Of a stretch of DNA of 64,000 nt, positions 1 through 9,583 are shown piece after piece. Position 1 is the stretch's first letter. Every line of letters begins with the position of its first letter. Location of the stretch: contig DASSAL010000107.1 in the NCBI GenBank assembly GCA_035685405.1, positions 5,089-69,088 on the forward strand, in the 5' to 3' direction. The notes under the pieces are model-generated. The model did not search any database and was not told where the DNA came from. It saw only the letters and a list, made by a program, of their open reading frames with translations. The translations under genes and the position numbers were made by a program. This DNA is from Actinoplanes sp. (lineage in GTDB: Bacteria > Actinomycetota > Actinomycetes > Mycobacteriales > Micromonosporaceae).

Positions 1-714
1 CACCGTGGCCGTGCCACCGGACTGCGACATCATGCCCTCGCTGGTGCCCACGGTGGTCACCCGCAACCGTGGCGTCGTACCGTTGATCGACACCGCGTCG
101 AAGACCGCGCGGCCCTCGGTCCGCAGTTCTCCCATCGCGGTGCTGCCGGGGCCGCGTTCGACGACGACCCGTGGCGGCGAAGTGACGAACAGTCCGATTT
201 CGACGGTCGCCGGCAGCCGGGCCGGGATGCCGGACTGCTGCCAGGTGCGGCCGTCCGCCGACCAGAAGCCGGTGACCGTGGGCCCGCTGCGAACCAGACG
301 TAGCCAGGACCCGGAGCCGGCGAGCTCGTCGTGGGTGAAGTCGGCGAGCAGCCGGGTGCCGTGGCGGGGCGTGACGGCGATGGCCGCGTACCGGGAACCG
401 CCGGTCGTGCCGTCCTTGGCCATGATCCCGGCGGCGGCCCACTCGTGGCTGTCCGCCTGCGCCACCACGTGGGCGGTGACGGTGACGTCGCCGGTCAGCC
501 GCTGATGGGCGAAGACCACGTCGTCGGCCACCGGACCGCCGTCCGGTCCGGCGACGATCCGCGGATCGCTGTTCGCGTCGGTCCGGCTGGCCGACGCCGC
601 GAACACGCTCAGCAGGACCGACAGGATCACCGCTCCGCCCAGCGCGATCACCCAACGGCGTACGGTGCGCAGCTTGGTCCATTCCGCGTGCACCTGACGG
701 GCGAATCCGGTCAT
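1..714 (-). CDS. ABC transporter permease (3' end runs off the window), with an inserted beta-rich extracytoplasmic domain (DUF1349/ConA-like)
   Basis: Not in the ORF track. Manual translation from the ATG at 714 (ATGA overlap with the ATPase stop) gives MTGFARQVHAEWTKLRTVRRW, a typical permease 'EWTKLR' start, then a TM segment and AGIMAK...WLRLVRSGPTVTGFWSADGRTW...VEIGLFVTSP. Confidence 0.8.
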   Translation of the reverse strand, partial: MTGFARQVHAEWTKLRTVRRWVIALGGAVILSVLLSVFAASASRTDANSDPRIVAGPDGGPVADDVVFAHQRLTGDVTVTAHVVAQADSHEWAAAGIMAKDGTTGGSRYAAIAVTPRHGTRLLADFTHDELAGSGSWLRLVRSGPTVTGFWSADGRTWQQSGIPARLPATVEIGLFVTSPPRVVVERGPGSTAMGELRTEGRAVFDAVSINGTTPRLRVTTVGTSEGMMSQSGGTATV

Positions 715-1616
715 CGGAACGTCACCGCATCGCGGGTCAACTCCATGTACGCCTCCTCCAGCGTGGCCCGGTGCCGCCGCAACTCGGCGAACTCCAGGCC
801 GGCGTCGCCGAGCAGCCGGGCGACCCGCTCGCCGCCGAGCCCGGCCACGGTCAGCGCGTCCGGTCCGGTGGCGGCCACCACCGCCCCGGCATTGGCGAGC
901 ATGGTCATCACCTCGGTCCGCCGCGCGGTACGGATCTCCAGCCGCTCGCCGGAAGCCGCGTCCAACAGGTCCGCCACCGCGGCGTCGGCGATCAGCCGGC
1001 CCCGGCCGATCACGATGAGATGGCTCGCCGTGCCCTCCAACTCGCCCATCAGATGACTGGCGACGAACACCGTGCGGCCCTCCGCGGCCAGCCGGCGCGC
1101 GAGGTCGCGGAACCACACGATGCCGTCCGGGTCGAGGCCGTTGACCGGCTCGTCCAGCATCACCACCGGCGGGTCACCGAGCATGGCCGCCGCGATGCCG
1201 AGCCGCTGCCGCATGCCGAGCGAAAAGCCGCCCACCCGCTTGCCGGCCACCCCGTCCAGCCCGACCAGGCCGAGCACCTCGCGGATCCGGCGCCGGGGCA
1301 GGCCGTTGCTGTGCGCGAGCCAGAGGAGATGGTCGTACGCCCGCCGGCCGGGATGCACCGCGGACGCGTCGAGCAGCGCACCGATCCCGGTCAGCGGCAA
1401 CGGCAGGGACCGGAACGGGCGCCCGCCGATGGTTGCGGTGCCCGCGTCCGCCGCATCCAGGCCGAGGATGAGCCGCATCGTGGTGGACTTGCCCGAGCCG
1501 TTCGGCCCGACGAATCCGGTGACCCGGCCGGGCTGCACGGTGAAGGTCAGGTCGTCGACGGCGACCGTTGACCCGTACCGCTTGTGCACGCCGCGGACCT
1601 CGATGGTGGAGGACAT
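711..1616 (-). CDS. ABC transporter ATP-binding protein (BcrA-like)
   Basis: Walker A GPNGSGKST, signature FSLGMRQR, Walker B VMLDEP. Real start MSSTIEV lies within the 589-aa ORF. Confidence 0.93.
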   Translation of the reverse strand: MSSTIEVRGVHKRYGSTVAVDDLTFTVQPGRVTGFVGPNGSGKSTTMRLILGLDAADAGTATIGGRPFRSLPLPLTGIGALLDASAVHPGRRAYDHLLWLAHSNGLPRRRIREVLGLVGLDGVAGKRVGGFSLGMRQRLGIAAAMLGDPPVVMLDEPVNGLDPDGIVWFRDLARRLAAEGRTVFVASHLMGELEGTASHLIVIGRGRLIADAAVADLLDAASGERLEIRTARRTEVMTMLANAGAVVAATGPDALTVAGLGGERVARLLGDAGLEFAELRRHRATLEEAYMELTRDAVTFR

Positions 1617-1676
1617 GCTCTCACGGTAGGAAGCCGAACTGGCGACGTCGTCCCGCCGCGGAGCGGTCTTCGCCCT

Positions 1677-2705
1677 GTGCGCCTCCCCCCGGCGGGGGAC
1701 GCCCGGCTGGACAGCGACGGCCAGAATGACCAGGTGACCGCCCGCCGGGCCGGCCCCTGGGCCGCTGTGGCACTGGGCGTCGCCGCGCTGACCGAGGTGG
1801 CGGTGACGGCCGGTCCGTCCGCCGCGCTCCCGCTTCGGATGATGTTGGCACTGGCGGTCACCGCACCGGTGGCGGTGGCGCCGGCCCAGCCGGTGCTGGC
1901 CGCGGTCGCCATCCTCACCGCCGGGGTGATCGCCGTGCTCAGCGACGTGCGGCCGCCGGCGGCCGGAGCGCTGGCGCTGTGCGCGGCGGCGACCGTCGCG
2001 GCGGTCCGGATCCGCAACCGGCAGCGGGCGGACGCCGCGGCCCGCGAGGCGTCCCGCCGGATGCTGTCGGACAGCCTGCTGGAGAACCAGGTCCGCGGCG
2101 AACGGGCCCGGATCGCCCGCGAACTGCATGACGTGGTGGCCCACCACGTCTCGCTGATCGCGGTGCAGGCCGACACCGTGCGGCTGGCCACACCCGGGCT
2201 GTCGGCCGGCGGCGTGGCAGGGCTGACCACCATCGGCGACACCGCGCGAACCGCGCTGAGCGAGATGCGGCGGCTGCTCGGTGTGCTGCGCGAGGACGAG
2301 CCGCAACGGGCGCCGCAGCCGGGACTGGATCAGCTCAACGAGTTGGTCGATGCCGCCCGCGCAGCGGGCCGGGGCACCGCCCGGCTGATCGTGCAGGGAC
2401 CGGTGCGGCCGTTGAGTCCGGGGCTGGAGCTGACCGCGTACCGGATCGTGCAGGAGGCGCTGAGCAACGCACGCCGGCACGCGCCGGGTGCCGGCATCGA
2501 CGTGGACCTGCGATACGCCCCGGACCGGGTGCTGCTGCGGATCCGGGACAACGGTCCGGCCGTCGCGGTCAACGGCGCCGGGCTGGGACTGACCGGAATG
2601 CGGGAGCGGGCCGCGATGATCGGCGGCACGGTGACCGCCGGTCCGGCGTACCCGGCGGGGTTCCTGGTGGAAGCGGTGCTGCCGATCGGCGAGGAGCCGT
2701 CGTGA
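1677..2705 (+). CDS. Sensor histidine kinase, HisKA_3/NarX-DesK family (start uncertain)
   Basis: N-terminal TM helices, ERARIARELHDVVAH, YRIVQEALSNARRH, GLGLTGMRER. Confidence 0.9.
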   Translation: MRLPPAGDARLDSDGQNDQVTARRAGPWAAVALGVAALTEVAVTAGPSAALPLRMMLALAVTAPVAVAPAQPVLAAVAILTAGVIAVLSDVRPPAAGALALCAAATVAAVRIRNRQRADAAAREASRRMLSDSLLENQVRGERARIARELHDVVAHHVSLIAVQADTVRLATPGLSAGGVAGLTTIGDTARTALSEMRRLLGVLREDEPQRAPQPGLDQLNELVDAARAAGRGTARLIVQGPVRPLSPGLELTAYRIVQEALSNARRHAPGAGIDVDLRYAPDRVLLRIRDNGPAVAVNGAGLGLTGMRERAAMIGGTVTAGPAYPAGFLVEAVLPIGEEPS

Positions 2706-3385
2706 TGGTCCGCATCCTGGTCGCCGACGACCAGCAGGTGGTTCGGGCGGCGTTCCGCGCGCTGCTCGGCACGCAGCCCGACTTCCAGGTCGTTGGGCTT
2801 GCCGCGGACGGGCTGGCTGCGGTCCGGCTGTGCGCCCAGCACCGGCCGGACGTGGTCCTGATGGATGTGCGGATGCCGGGACTGGACGGCATCGAGGCGA
2901 CCCGCCGGATCGCCCGTGCGGACGGACCGCGAGTTCTCATGCTGACCACCTTCGACCTGGACGAGTACGTATACGCCGCGCTGGCCGCGGGCGCCAGCGG
3001 CTTCCTCCTCAAGGACACCGCGGCGGAGCGCCTGTTCGACGCGGTCCGGGTGGTGGCCGCCGGCGAGGCGCTGCTGGCGCCCTCGGTGACCCGTCGGCTG
3101 ATCGCCGAGTTCGCCCGGCAGCACCGCCCGGCGGCCGGGCCGGCGACCACGCTGGCCGGGCTCACCCCGCGGGAGACCGGGGTACTGCGGCTGATCGCCG
3201 AAGGGCTGTCGAACGCCCAGATCGCTGCCCGCCTGACGATCGGCGAAGAGACCGTGAAGACCCACGTCAGCCGGATCCTGACCAAGCTGCGCCTGCGTGA
3301 CCGGACCCAGGCGGTGATCGCCGCGTACGAGTCCGGACTGATCAGACCCGGGTCTGCGGGGACCGCAGGTAGACCGTCCAGGTGA
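2702..3385 (+). CDS. NarL/LuxR family response regulator
   Basis: Receiver motifs ADDQ and DVVLMDVRMP; LuxR HTH LTPRE...TVKTHVSRILTKL. Confidence 0.95.
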   Translation: MMVRILVADDQQVVRAAFRALLGTQPDFQVVGLAADGLAAVRLCAQHRPDVVLMDVRMPGLDGIEATRRIARADGPRVLMLTTFDLDEYVYAALAAGASGFLLKDTAAERLFDAVRVVAAGEALLAPSVTRRLIAEFARQHRPAAGPATTLAGLTPRETGVLRLIAEGLSNAQIAARLTIGEETVKTHVSRILTKLRLRDRTQAVIAAYESGLIRPGSAGTAGRPSR

Positions 3386-4664
3386 CCAGGACGCACAGGA
3401 TGTAGAAGGCGATGAACGTCAGGTACGCCGCGTCCGCCGTCCGGTAGGTCAGGAAGGACTGCCGGAACGCCAGGTTCACCAGCACGCCGCCGAACGCGCC
3501 GATGGCGCCGGCGATACCGATCACCGCGGCCGAGATGCGCCGGGCGTCGCAGTCGTCGCCGGCGTACTTGCGGCGGAAGATGGCCGGGATCATCTTGTAC
3601 GTCGAGCCGTTGCCGACGCCGCTGAACACGAACAGCGCGATGAACCCGATCAGGTAGAGCAGCAGCGAGCGCTGTTGGGCGGCGAGCAGCACGATGGCCG
3701 CGCCGGCCGCCATCAGCACGAAGGTCGAGAACGTCACCCGGGCCCCGCCGAACCGGTCGGCCAGCGCCCCGCCGACCGGGCGGATCAACGAACCGAGCAG
3801 CGGACCGAGGAAGGTCAGGTACGCGGCGTGCACCGGGCTGGCGAACACGTCGGCGAACTGGACCTGCAGCACCTGTCCGAAGGCGAACCCGAACCCGATG
3901 AACGAACCGAAGGTGCCGATGTAGAGCAGCGACATGATCCAGGTGTGCGGCTCCCGGGTGGCGTCACGCATGCCGCGCTTGTCGTTGCGCGCCTGCGTCA
4001 GGTTGTCCATGAACAGCGCCGAACCGAGCGCGGCCAGCACGATCAGCGGGATGTACAGGCCGGCCACGATGCCCGGCTGCCCGGCGCCGAACACGGCCAG
4101 CACGACCAGGCCGACCAGTTGCACCGCGGCCACGCCGAGATTGCCGCCGCCGGCGTTGATGCCGAGCGCCCAGCCCTTCAGCCGGTCCGGATAGTAGGCG
4201 TTGATGTTGGCCATCGAGGAGGCGAAGTTGCCGCCGCCGACGCCGGCGATCGCGGACAGCACGACGAGCGTGGTGTACGAGACGCCGGGCTCGATCAGGA
4301 ACGCGGCCAGCACACTGGGCACCAGCAACAGGCCGGCGCTGACGATGGTCCAGTTGCGCCCGCCGAAGGTCGCCACCGCGAACGTGTACGGGATCCGCAA
4401 CACCGAGCCGACCAGCGCGGGCACCGCGGTGAGCAGGAACTTGCCGGCCGGGTCGATGCCGTACTGCGGGCCGAGGAACAGCACCAGCACCGACCACATG
4501 GTCCACACCGAGAACCCGAGGTGCTCAGCGAAGATCGACCAGATCAGGTTGCGGCGGGCGACCCGGGCGCCGGTGGCGGCCCAGAACGCGGGATCCTCCG
4601 GCCGCCAGTCGTCGATCCAGTGGCCGCGGGCGGAGATCGGCCGATCCAGGATGGTGGTAGTCAT
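3342..4664 (-). CDS. narK: Nitrate/nitrite MFS transporter
   Basis: Nitrate signature GGGNFASSM, GSFIGF, GVGNGSTYKMIP; lies in the nir/nas cluster. Confidence 0.92.
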   Translation of the reverse strand: MTTTILDRPISARGHWIDDWRPEDPAFWAATGARVARRNLIWSIFAEHLGFSVWTMWSVLVLFLGPQYGIDPAGKFLLTAVPALVGSVLRIPYTFAVATFGGRNWTIVSAGLLLVPSVLAAFLIEPGVSYTTLVVLSAIAGVGGGNFASSMANINAYYPDRLKGWALGINAGGGNLGVAAVQLVGLVVLAVFGAGQPGIVAGLYIPLIVLAALGSALFMDNLTQARNDKRGMRDATREPHTWIMSLLYIGTFGSFIGFGFAFGQVLQVQFADVFASPVHAAYLTFLGPLLGSLIRPVGGALADRFGGARVTFSTFVLMAAGAAIVLLAAQQRSLLLYLIGFIALFVFSGVGNGSTYKMIPAIFRRKYAGDDCDARRISAAVIGIAGAIGAFGGVLVNLAFRQSFLTYRTADAAYLTFIAFYILCVLVTWTVYLRSPQTRV

Positions 4665-4963
4665 GAATGCTCCAGGACGATGTGGTGGTCGTCGTCCACC
4701 CGGACCGGATAGACGGTGAGCGGCGGCTGACCCGTGACCGAGCAACCGGTGGCGAGGTCGAAGATGTGCTGGTGCAGTGGGCAGACGACCACCCGACGGT
4801 CGATCTGCCCGTCGGCGAGCGGGCCACCGGCATGGGGGCACACCGCTGAGACGGCGCGCACGCTGCCGTCGCGCAGCCGGAACACGGCGATCGTGTCGGC
4901 CCCGACGACGTAGGCGCGGCCCTCGCCGAGCGGGATCGCGTCGACCGGTCCGAGCCGGGTCAT
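4661..4963 (-). CDS. nirD: Nitrite reductase small subunit (Rieske 2Fe-2S)
   Basis: CPHAGG...CPLH Rieske motifs; ATGA overlap with nirB. Confidence 0.88.
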   Translation of the reverse strand: MTRLGPVDAIPLGEGRAYVVGADTIAVFRLRDGSVRAVSAVCPHAGGPLADGQIDRRVVVCPLHQHIFDLATGCSVTGQPPLTVYPVRVDDDHHIVLEHS

Positions 4964-7410
4964 GACAGCACCGTCAGCGGCAGCGCGGTGCGGAACTGGC
5001 CCGGGGTCACCGGCGCCGTGCGTTCCTGCCACGGATCCCGGTACGCCGCAACGGATTTCGCCATCGCGGCGTCCAGCTCGGCGGCGATGCCGTCGGTGTC
5101 GGCCACCACGGTGTCACGGATCCGGTCGATGCCGATCCGGGGGACGAACGCGTACGTGCGCTCCAGCCAGTTGGCGTTCTCCCGGTAGTACTGCAGGAAC
5201 CGCCCGGTGAGCGTGATGACCTCGCCCGGTGTGTCCACTGTGGCCAGTAGGTCGCCCTTGCGGACATGGGCGCCGGCCGCGCCACCGACGTAGATCTCCC
5301 ACCTTCCGCCGTCGATGGCGACCACGCCGAGGTCCTTGACGTACGCCTCGGCGCAGTTGCGTGGGCAGCCGGTGACCGCGAGCTTCATCTTGCCGGGTCC
5401 CTCGATGCCCTGATACCGCTCCTCGATGGCGATGCCCAGCGCGGTCGAGTCGCCGACGCCGAACCGGCAGAAGTCCGAGCCGACGCAGGTCTTCACGGTC
5501 CGGAAGCTCTTGCCGTACGCCCACCCGGACGGCATGTCGAGGTCGGCCCAGATCTGCGGCAGGTTCTCCTTGGCGACGCCGAGCAGGTCGATGCGCTGCC
5601 CGCCGGTCAGCTTCACCATCGGAACGCCGTGCTTCTCCGCCACCTCGGCGATCCGGCGAAGCTGGGCCGGTGTGGTGACGCCGCCCTTCATCTGCGGCAC
5701 CACCGAGAAGGTGCCGTCCCGCTGGATATTCGCGTGGACGCGGTCGTTGATGAATCGGGCGTCGCGCTCGTCCACGTACTCGCCGCCCCACATCATCTTG
5801 AGCAGCGACGCCAGGCCCATCTTGCTCTTCGCGTCCTCCGCGCCGCCGGGTGCCAGCTTGGCGAACACCGCCGAGACCGACTTCAGGTCGTACCGGCGGA
5901 TGGCGTCCATCAGCTCCGGCTTGGGCATCGGCACGCCCGGCACGTAGTACGACGCGGCCGGATCCTCCTCCACCTCACCGTCCGCGGCCCACTCCACGAT
6001 CCGCTGTACCAGCGGCTTGCAGGTGCCGCAGCCCTTGCCGGCCCGGGTCTTGTCCATCACGCCGGTGACGGTCCTGCAGCCGCCCTGCACACAGGCCGCG
6101 ATCGTGCCCTTGGTGACGCCGTTGCAGTTGCAGACCTGGGTGTCGTCGGCCATCTCGGCGGGGCCGAGCGAAGCCGGCGGACCGCCCAGGTCGAACAGCA
6201 GCCCGGCGCGTTCCTCGGGCAACGGCAGCCCGCGGTCGTACGCCTGCATCAGGAACGCCGCCTTGCGCGCGTCGCCGACCAGGGTGGCGCCGACCAGCCG
6301 GCCGTCCCGGATGATGACGTTCTGGTAGACGCCCTTCCGCGGCTCGGCGAACTCCAGCAGCTCGTCGTCGGGGTGCTCCGGGTTCTGCAGGCCCATCGAG
6401 GCGACGTCGACGCCGGCCACCTTGAGTTTCGTGGCGATCCGCGAACCGTGGTACTCGGCGTGCGGGTTCGCCCCGGTGAGGTGATCTGCGAGCACCTTGG
6501 CCTGGTCCCACAGCGGCGCGACCAGGCCGTACAGGGCGCCGCGATGCTGGGCGCACTCCCCCACCCCGTAGATGTCGTCGCAGTCGCGGGCCCGCATCCG
6601 GTCGTCCACCACGATGCCGCGCTCGACCGCCAGACCGCTGGCCGCCGCCATCTGGGTGTTCGGCCGGATGCCGGCCGCCACCACCACGACGTCGCACGGG
6701 ATCACCCGGCCGTCGGCCAGCTTCACCCCGGTCACCGCGTGCTTGCCGAGGATCTCGGTGGTCATCGCGTCGACCACGACGTCGATGCCGAGCTTCTCCT
6801 CCACGGTGGCCTGCAGGGTCCGGCCGGCGCGCTCGTTGAGCTGGGTGTTCATCAGGTGGCCGGTGGCGTGCAGCAGGGTGACGTGGCCGAGGTGGTGCTG
6901 CAGGCCGCGGGCCGCCTCCAGGCCCAGCAGGCCGCCGCCGATCACCACGGCACGCTGGTGCTCGCGGGCGTACCGGATCATCGCGCGGGTGTCGTCGAGC
7001 GTACGGAAGACGAAGACGCCCTGGTGATAGCCGCGGCCCGGGCGGTGGACGCCCTTGATCGGCGGGACGAACGCGGAGCTGCCGGTCGCGATGATCAGCT
7101 TGTCGTACGGTGTGGCGGTGCCGTCCGAGGCGTGCACCGTCTTCGCTCTCCGGTCGATGTGCTCGATCCGGGTGCCGGCGTGCAGGGTGATGCCGTTGTC
7201 CGCGTACCAGCTCAGGTCGTTGAGGAAGATCCCGGACTCGTCCTCCACGCCGGCCAGGACGTTGGACAGCATGATCCGGTTGTAGTTGCCGTACGGCTCG
7301 TCACCGAACATGGTGATGGCGAACTGATCGCCGCCGCCGCGGGCGAGGATCTCCTCGACCGTGCGGGCGCCGGCCATGCCGTTGCCGATGACCACGAGTC
7401 GTTGTTTCAC
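4960..7410 (-). CDS. nirB: NADH-dependent nitrite reductase large subunit
   Basis: VVIGNGMAG FAD motif, GGGLLGLE, CNCN/GCGTC BFD-like cysteines, ANIQRDGTFSVVP, KTCVGSDFC, GCPRNC siroheme ligands. GTG start overlaps the upstream stop. Confidence 0.95.
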   Translation of the reverse strand: MKQRLVVIGNGMAGARTVEEILARGGGDQFAITMFGDEPYGNYNRIMLSNVLAGVEDESGIFLNDLSWYADNGITLHAGTRIEHIDRRAKTVHASDGTATPYDKLIIATGSSAFVPPIKGVHRPGRGYHQGVFVFRTLDDTRAMIRYAREHQRAVVIGGGLLGLEAARGLQHHLGHVTLLHATGHLMNTQLNERAGRTLQATVEEKLGIDVVVDAMTTEILGKHAVTGVKLADGRVIPCDVVVVAAGIRPNTQMAAASGLAVERGIVVDDRMRARDCDDIYGVGECAQHRGALYGLVAPLWDQAKVLADHLTGANPHAEYHGSRIATKLKVAGVDVASMGLQNPEHPDDELLEFAEPRKGVYQNVIIRDGRLVGATLVGDARKAAFLMQAYDRGLPLPEERAGLLFDLGGPPASLGPAEMADDTQVCNCNGVTKGTIAACVQGGCRTVTGVMDKTRAGKGCGTCKPLVQRIVEWAADGEVEEDPAASYYVPGVPMPKPELMDAIRRYDLKSVSAVFAKLAPGGAEDAKSKMGLASLLKMMWGGEYVDERDARFINDRVHANIQRDGTFSVVPQMKGGVTTPAQLRRIAEVAEKHGVPMVKLTGGQRIDLLGVAKENLPQIWADLDMPSGWAYGKSFRTVKTCVGSDFCRFGVGDSTALGIAIEERYQGIEGPGKMKLAVTGCPRNCAEAYVKDLGVVAIDGGRWEIYVGGAAGAHVRKGDLLATVDTPGEVITLTGRFLQYYRENANWLERTYAFVPRIGIDRIRDTVVADTDGIAAELDAAMAKSVAAYRDPWQERTAPVTPGQFRTALPLTVLS

Positions 7411-9488
7411 GGGCTGTTCCCTTCCACAGCGGAGATGGCGACCGCGCACGCCTTGAACGCGGGCATCCGGGAATGCGGATCGAGTGCCGGGTTGGTGAGC
7501 AGGTTCGCGCCGACCCAGTGGAACGGGGCGAAGATGGTGTCCGGCCGGATGCCGGGGTTGACCCGGGCCCGGAACACCGCCCGGCCGCGCCGGCTGCGCA
7601 GCTCGACCATGTCGCTGTCCACGATGCCGTGCCGCCGGGCCAGATCCGGGTGCAGTTCGGCCCGCGGCTCCGGCATGGCCACGGTCAGCGCGTGCACCCG
7701 GCGGGTCTGGTTGCCGCTCTGGTAGTGCTGCATGGTGCGGCCGGTGGTGAGCACGTACGGGTAATCGCGGTCCGGCAGCTCGGCCGGGTCCCGGTGCTCG
7801 ACCCGGACGAACCTCGCGCGCCCGTCCGGCGTGGGGAAGCCATCGGCGAACAGTCGTGGCGTACCCGGGTGGTCCTCGGCCGGGCACGGCCAGAACACCC
7901 CCTGCTCCGCCTCGATCCGCTCGTAACTGATGCCGGCGTAGTCGGCGATCCCGCCCGCGCTGGCCCGGCGCAGTTCGTCGAAGACGGTGCGCGGATCGGC
8001 GCTGAAGAACCGCCCGCGGCCGAGCCGGTGTGCCAGCTCGGCGAGCATCTCGAGATCGGTACGCACCTCCGGCGGCGGGTCCAGTGCCCGGTGGCGGCGG
8101 ATCACCCGGCCCTCGAGGTTGGTCATCGTGCCCTCTTCCTCGGCCCACTGCGCGGTGGGTAGCACGACGTCGGCCAGCTCGGCGGTTTCGGAGCGGAAGA
8201 TGTCCGAGACCACCAGCAGATCCAGGGCGGCCAGCCGGTCGGTGACCCGGTTCGCGTGCGGCGCGGAGACGACGATGTTGCTGGCCAGCACGAGCAGCAC
8301 CCGGACGCCGCCGTCGGTGCCGAGCCGGTCGAGCATCTCGTACGCGGACCGGCCCGGCCGCGGCAGCTCGGCCGGGTCGATGCCCCACACCGCGGCGACG
8401 TGCGCCCGGGCGGCCGGATCGTCCAGCCGCCGGTATCCGGGCAACTGGTCGGCCTTCTGCCCGTGCTCGCGGCCGCCCTGCCCGTTGCCCTGCCCGGTGA
8501 TCGTGCCGTATCCGGAGCACGGCCGGCCGACCAGGCCCAGCGCCAGCGCCAGGTTGAGATACGCCTGCGCGGTGTCGGTTCCGTTGCTGTGCTGCTCGGC
8601 ACCCCGCGCGGTGAGGATCATCGCCGGGCGGTCGGTGGCCAGCAGCCGGACCGTCTCCCGCTGGGCGGCCTCAGGCACGCCGGTCATCCGCTCGACCCGC
8701 TCCGGCCAGTACGCGTTGGCCGCGGTGCGCACGCTGTCGAACCCGGTGGTTCGGTCCCGGATGTAGTCCTCGTCGACCAGCCCGTCCCGGATCGCGATGT
8801 GCAGCAGGCCGTTGGCCAGCGCCAGGTCCGTGCCGGGCAGCGGTTGCAGATGGCGGTACGAGCCGGCCGCGGTGGCCGTTCGCCGCGGGTCGACCACGAT
8901 GTGCTGGGCGCCGCCGGCCCGGCCCGCGTCCAGATACTGCATGGCCGGCGGCATGACGTCCGCCGGGTTCGCGCCGACCAGCAGGATGGTCCGCGCCCCG
9001 GCCAGGTCGGCGACCGGGAACGGCAGGCCGCGGTCCACGCCGAGCGCCCGGTTCGCCGCGGTGGCCGCGGAGGACATGCAGAACCGTCCATTGTAGTCAA
9101 CGGCGGACGACCGCAGTGCCACCCGGACGAACTTGCCGAGCGCGTACGCCTTCTCGTTGGTCAGCCCGCCGCCACCGAATGCGCCGACGCTGTCCGGCCC
9201 GTACCGCTGCCGGGTGGTGGTGATCGTGCCGGCGATCAGCGTGAGCGCCTCGTCCCAGCTCGCCTCCCGCAGCGGGCTGGTGCGATCGCCGGGCACCTTG
9301 CGGACCAGCGGGGTGAGCAGCCGGTCGGGGTGGTCGAGCAGGTCCGCGGCGGTCCAGCCCTTGGCGCAGAGCCCGCCGTTGTTGACCGGGAAGTCGGTGG
9401 GTTCCAGTCGAACCGAGGCCCTCTGTGGGGTCAGCGCGATACCGCACTGGAGGGCGCAGTACGGGCAGTGCGTCGCGGTGGCGGCCAT
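7407..9488 (-). CDS. nasA: Assimilatory nitrate reductase catalytic subunit (molybdopterin oxidoreductase)
   Basis: THCPYCALQCG..LCAKG Fe4S4 motif, NGRFCMSSA, GQGNGQGGRE, C-terminal molybdopterin-binding domain. Confidence 0.92.
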   Translation of the reverse strand: MAATATHCPYCALQCGIALTPQRASVRLEPTDFPVNNGGLCAKGWTAADLLDHPDRLLTPLVRKVPGDRTSPLREASWDEALTLIAGTITTTRQRYGPDSVGAFGGGGLTNEKAYALGKFVRVALRSSAVDYNGRFCMSSAATAANRALGVDRGLPFPVADLAGARTILLVGANPADVMPPAMQYLDAGRAGGAQHIVVDPRRTATAAGSYRHLQPLPGTDLALANGLLHIAIRDGLVDEDYIRDRTTGFDSVRTAANAYWPERVERMTGVPEAAQRETVRLLATDRPAMILTARGAEQHSNGTDTAQAYLNLALALGLVGRPCSGYGTITGQGNGQGGREHGQKADQLPGYRRLDDPAARAHVAAVWGIDPAELPRPGRSAYEMLDRLGTDGGVRVLLVLASNIVVSAPHANRVTDRLAALDLLVVSDIFRSETAELADVVLPTAQWAEEEGTMTNLEGRVIRRHRALDPPPEVRTDLEMLAELAHRLGRGRFFSADPRTVFDELRRASAGGIADYAGISYERIEAEQGVFWPCPAEDHPGTPRLFADGFPTPDGRARFVRVEHRDPAELPDRDYPYVLTTGRTMQHYQSGNQTRRVHALTVAMPEPRAELHPDLARRHGIVDSDMVELRSRRGRAVFRARVNPGIRPDTIFAPFHWVGANLLTNPALDPHSRMPAFKACAVAISAVEGNSP

Positions 9489-9554
9489 GCGCCCATGGTT
9501 GCGGTCCGTCGTTTCCCGGTGACTCCGCCGCTATGACGGTGGCGTTCGGAAGTC

Positions 9555-9582
9555 CCTACATCGCGGCAGCGACGAATGTGAG
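9555..9582. promoter_or_regulatory. Putative NnaR binding site upstream of the nitrate reductase operon
   Basis: CCTACA-N16-TGTGAG, close to the NnaR consensus CTCAC(A/T)-N16-(A/T)GTGAG. Confidence 0.7.
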
Positions 9583-9583
9583 G

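Noticed and set aside
7411..8520. Apparent 1186-aa NirB with a long N-terminal extension
   Set aside because: The extension is an Arg/Pro-rich alternate frame of the nitrate reductase gene; NirB motifs start at GTG 7410.
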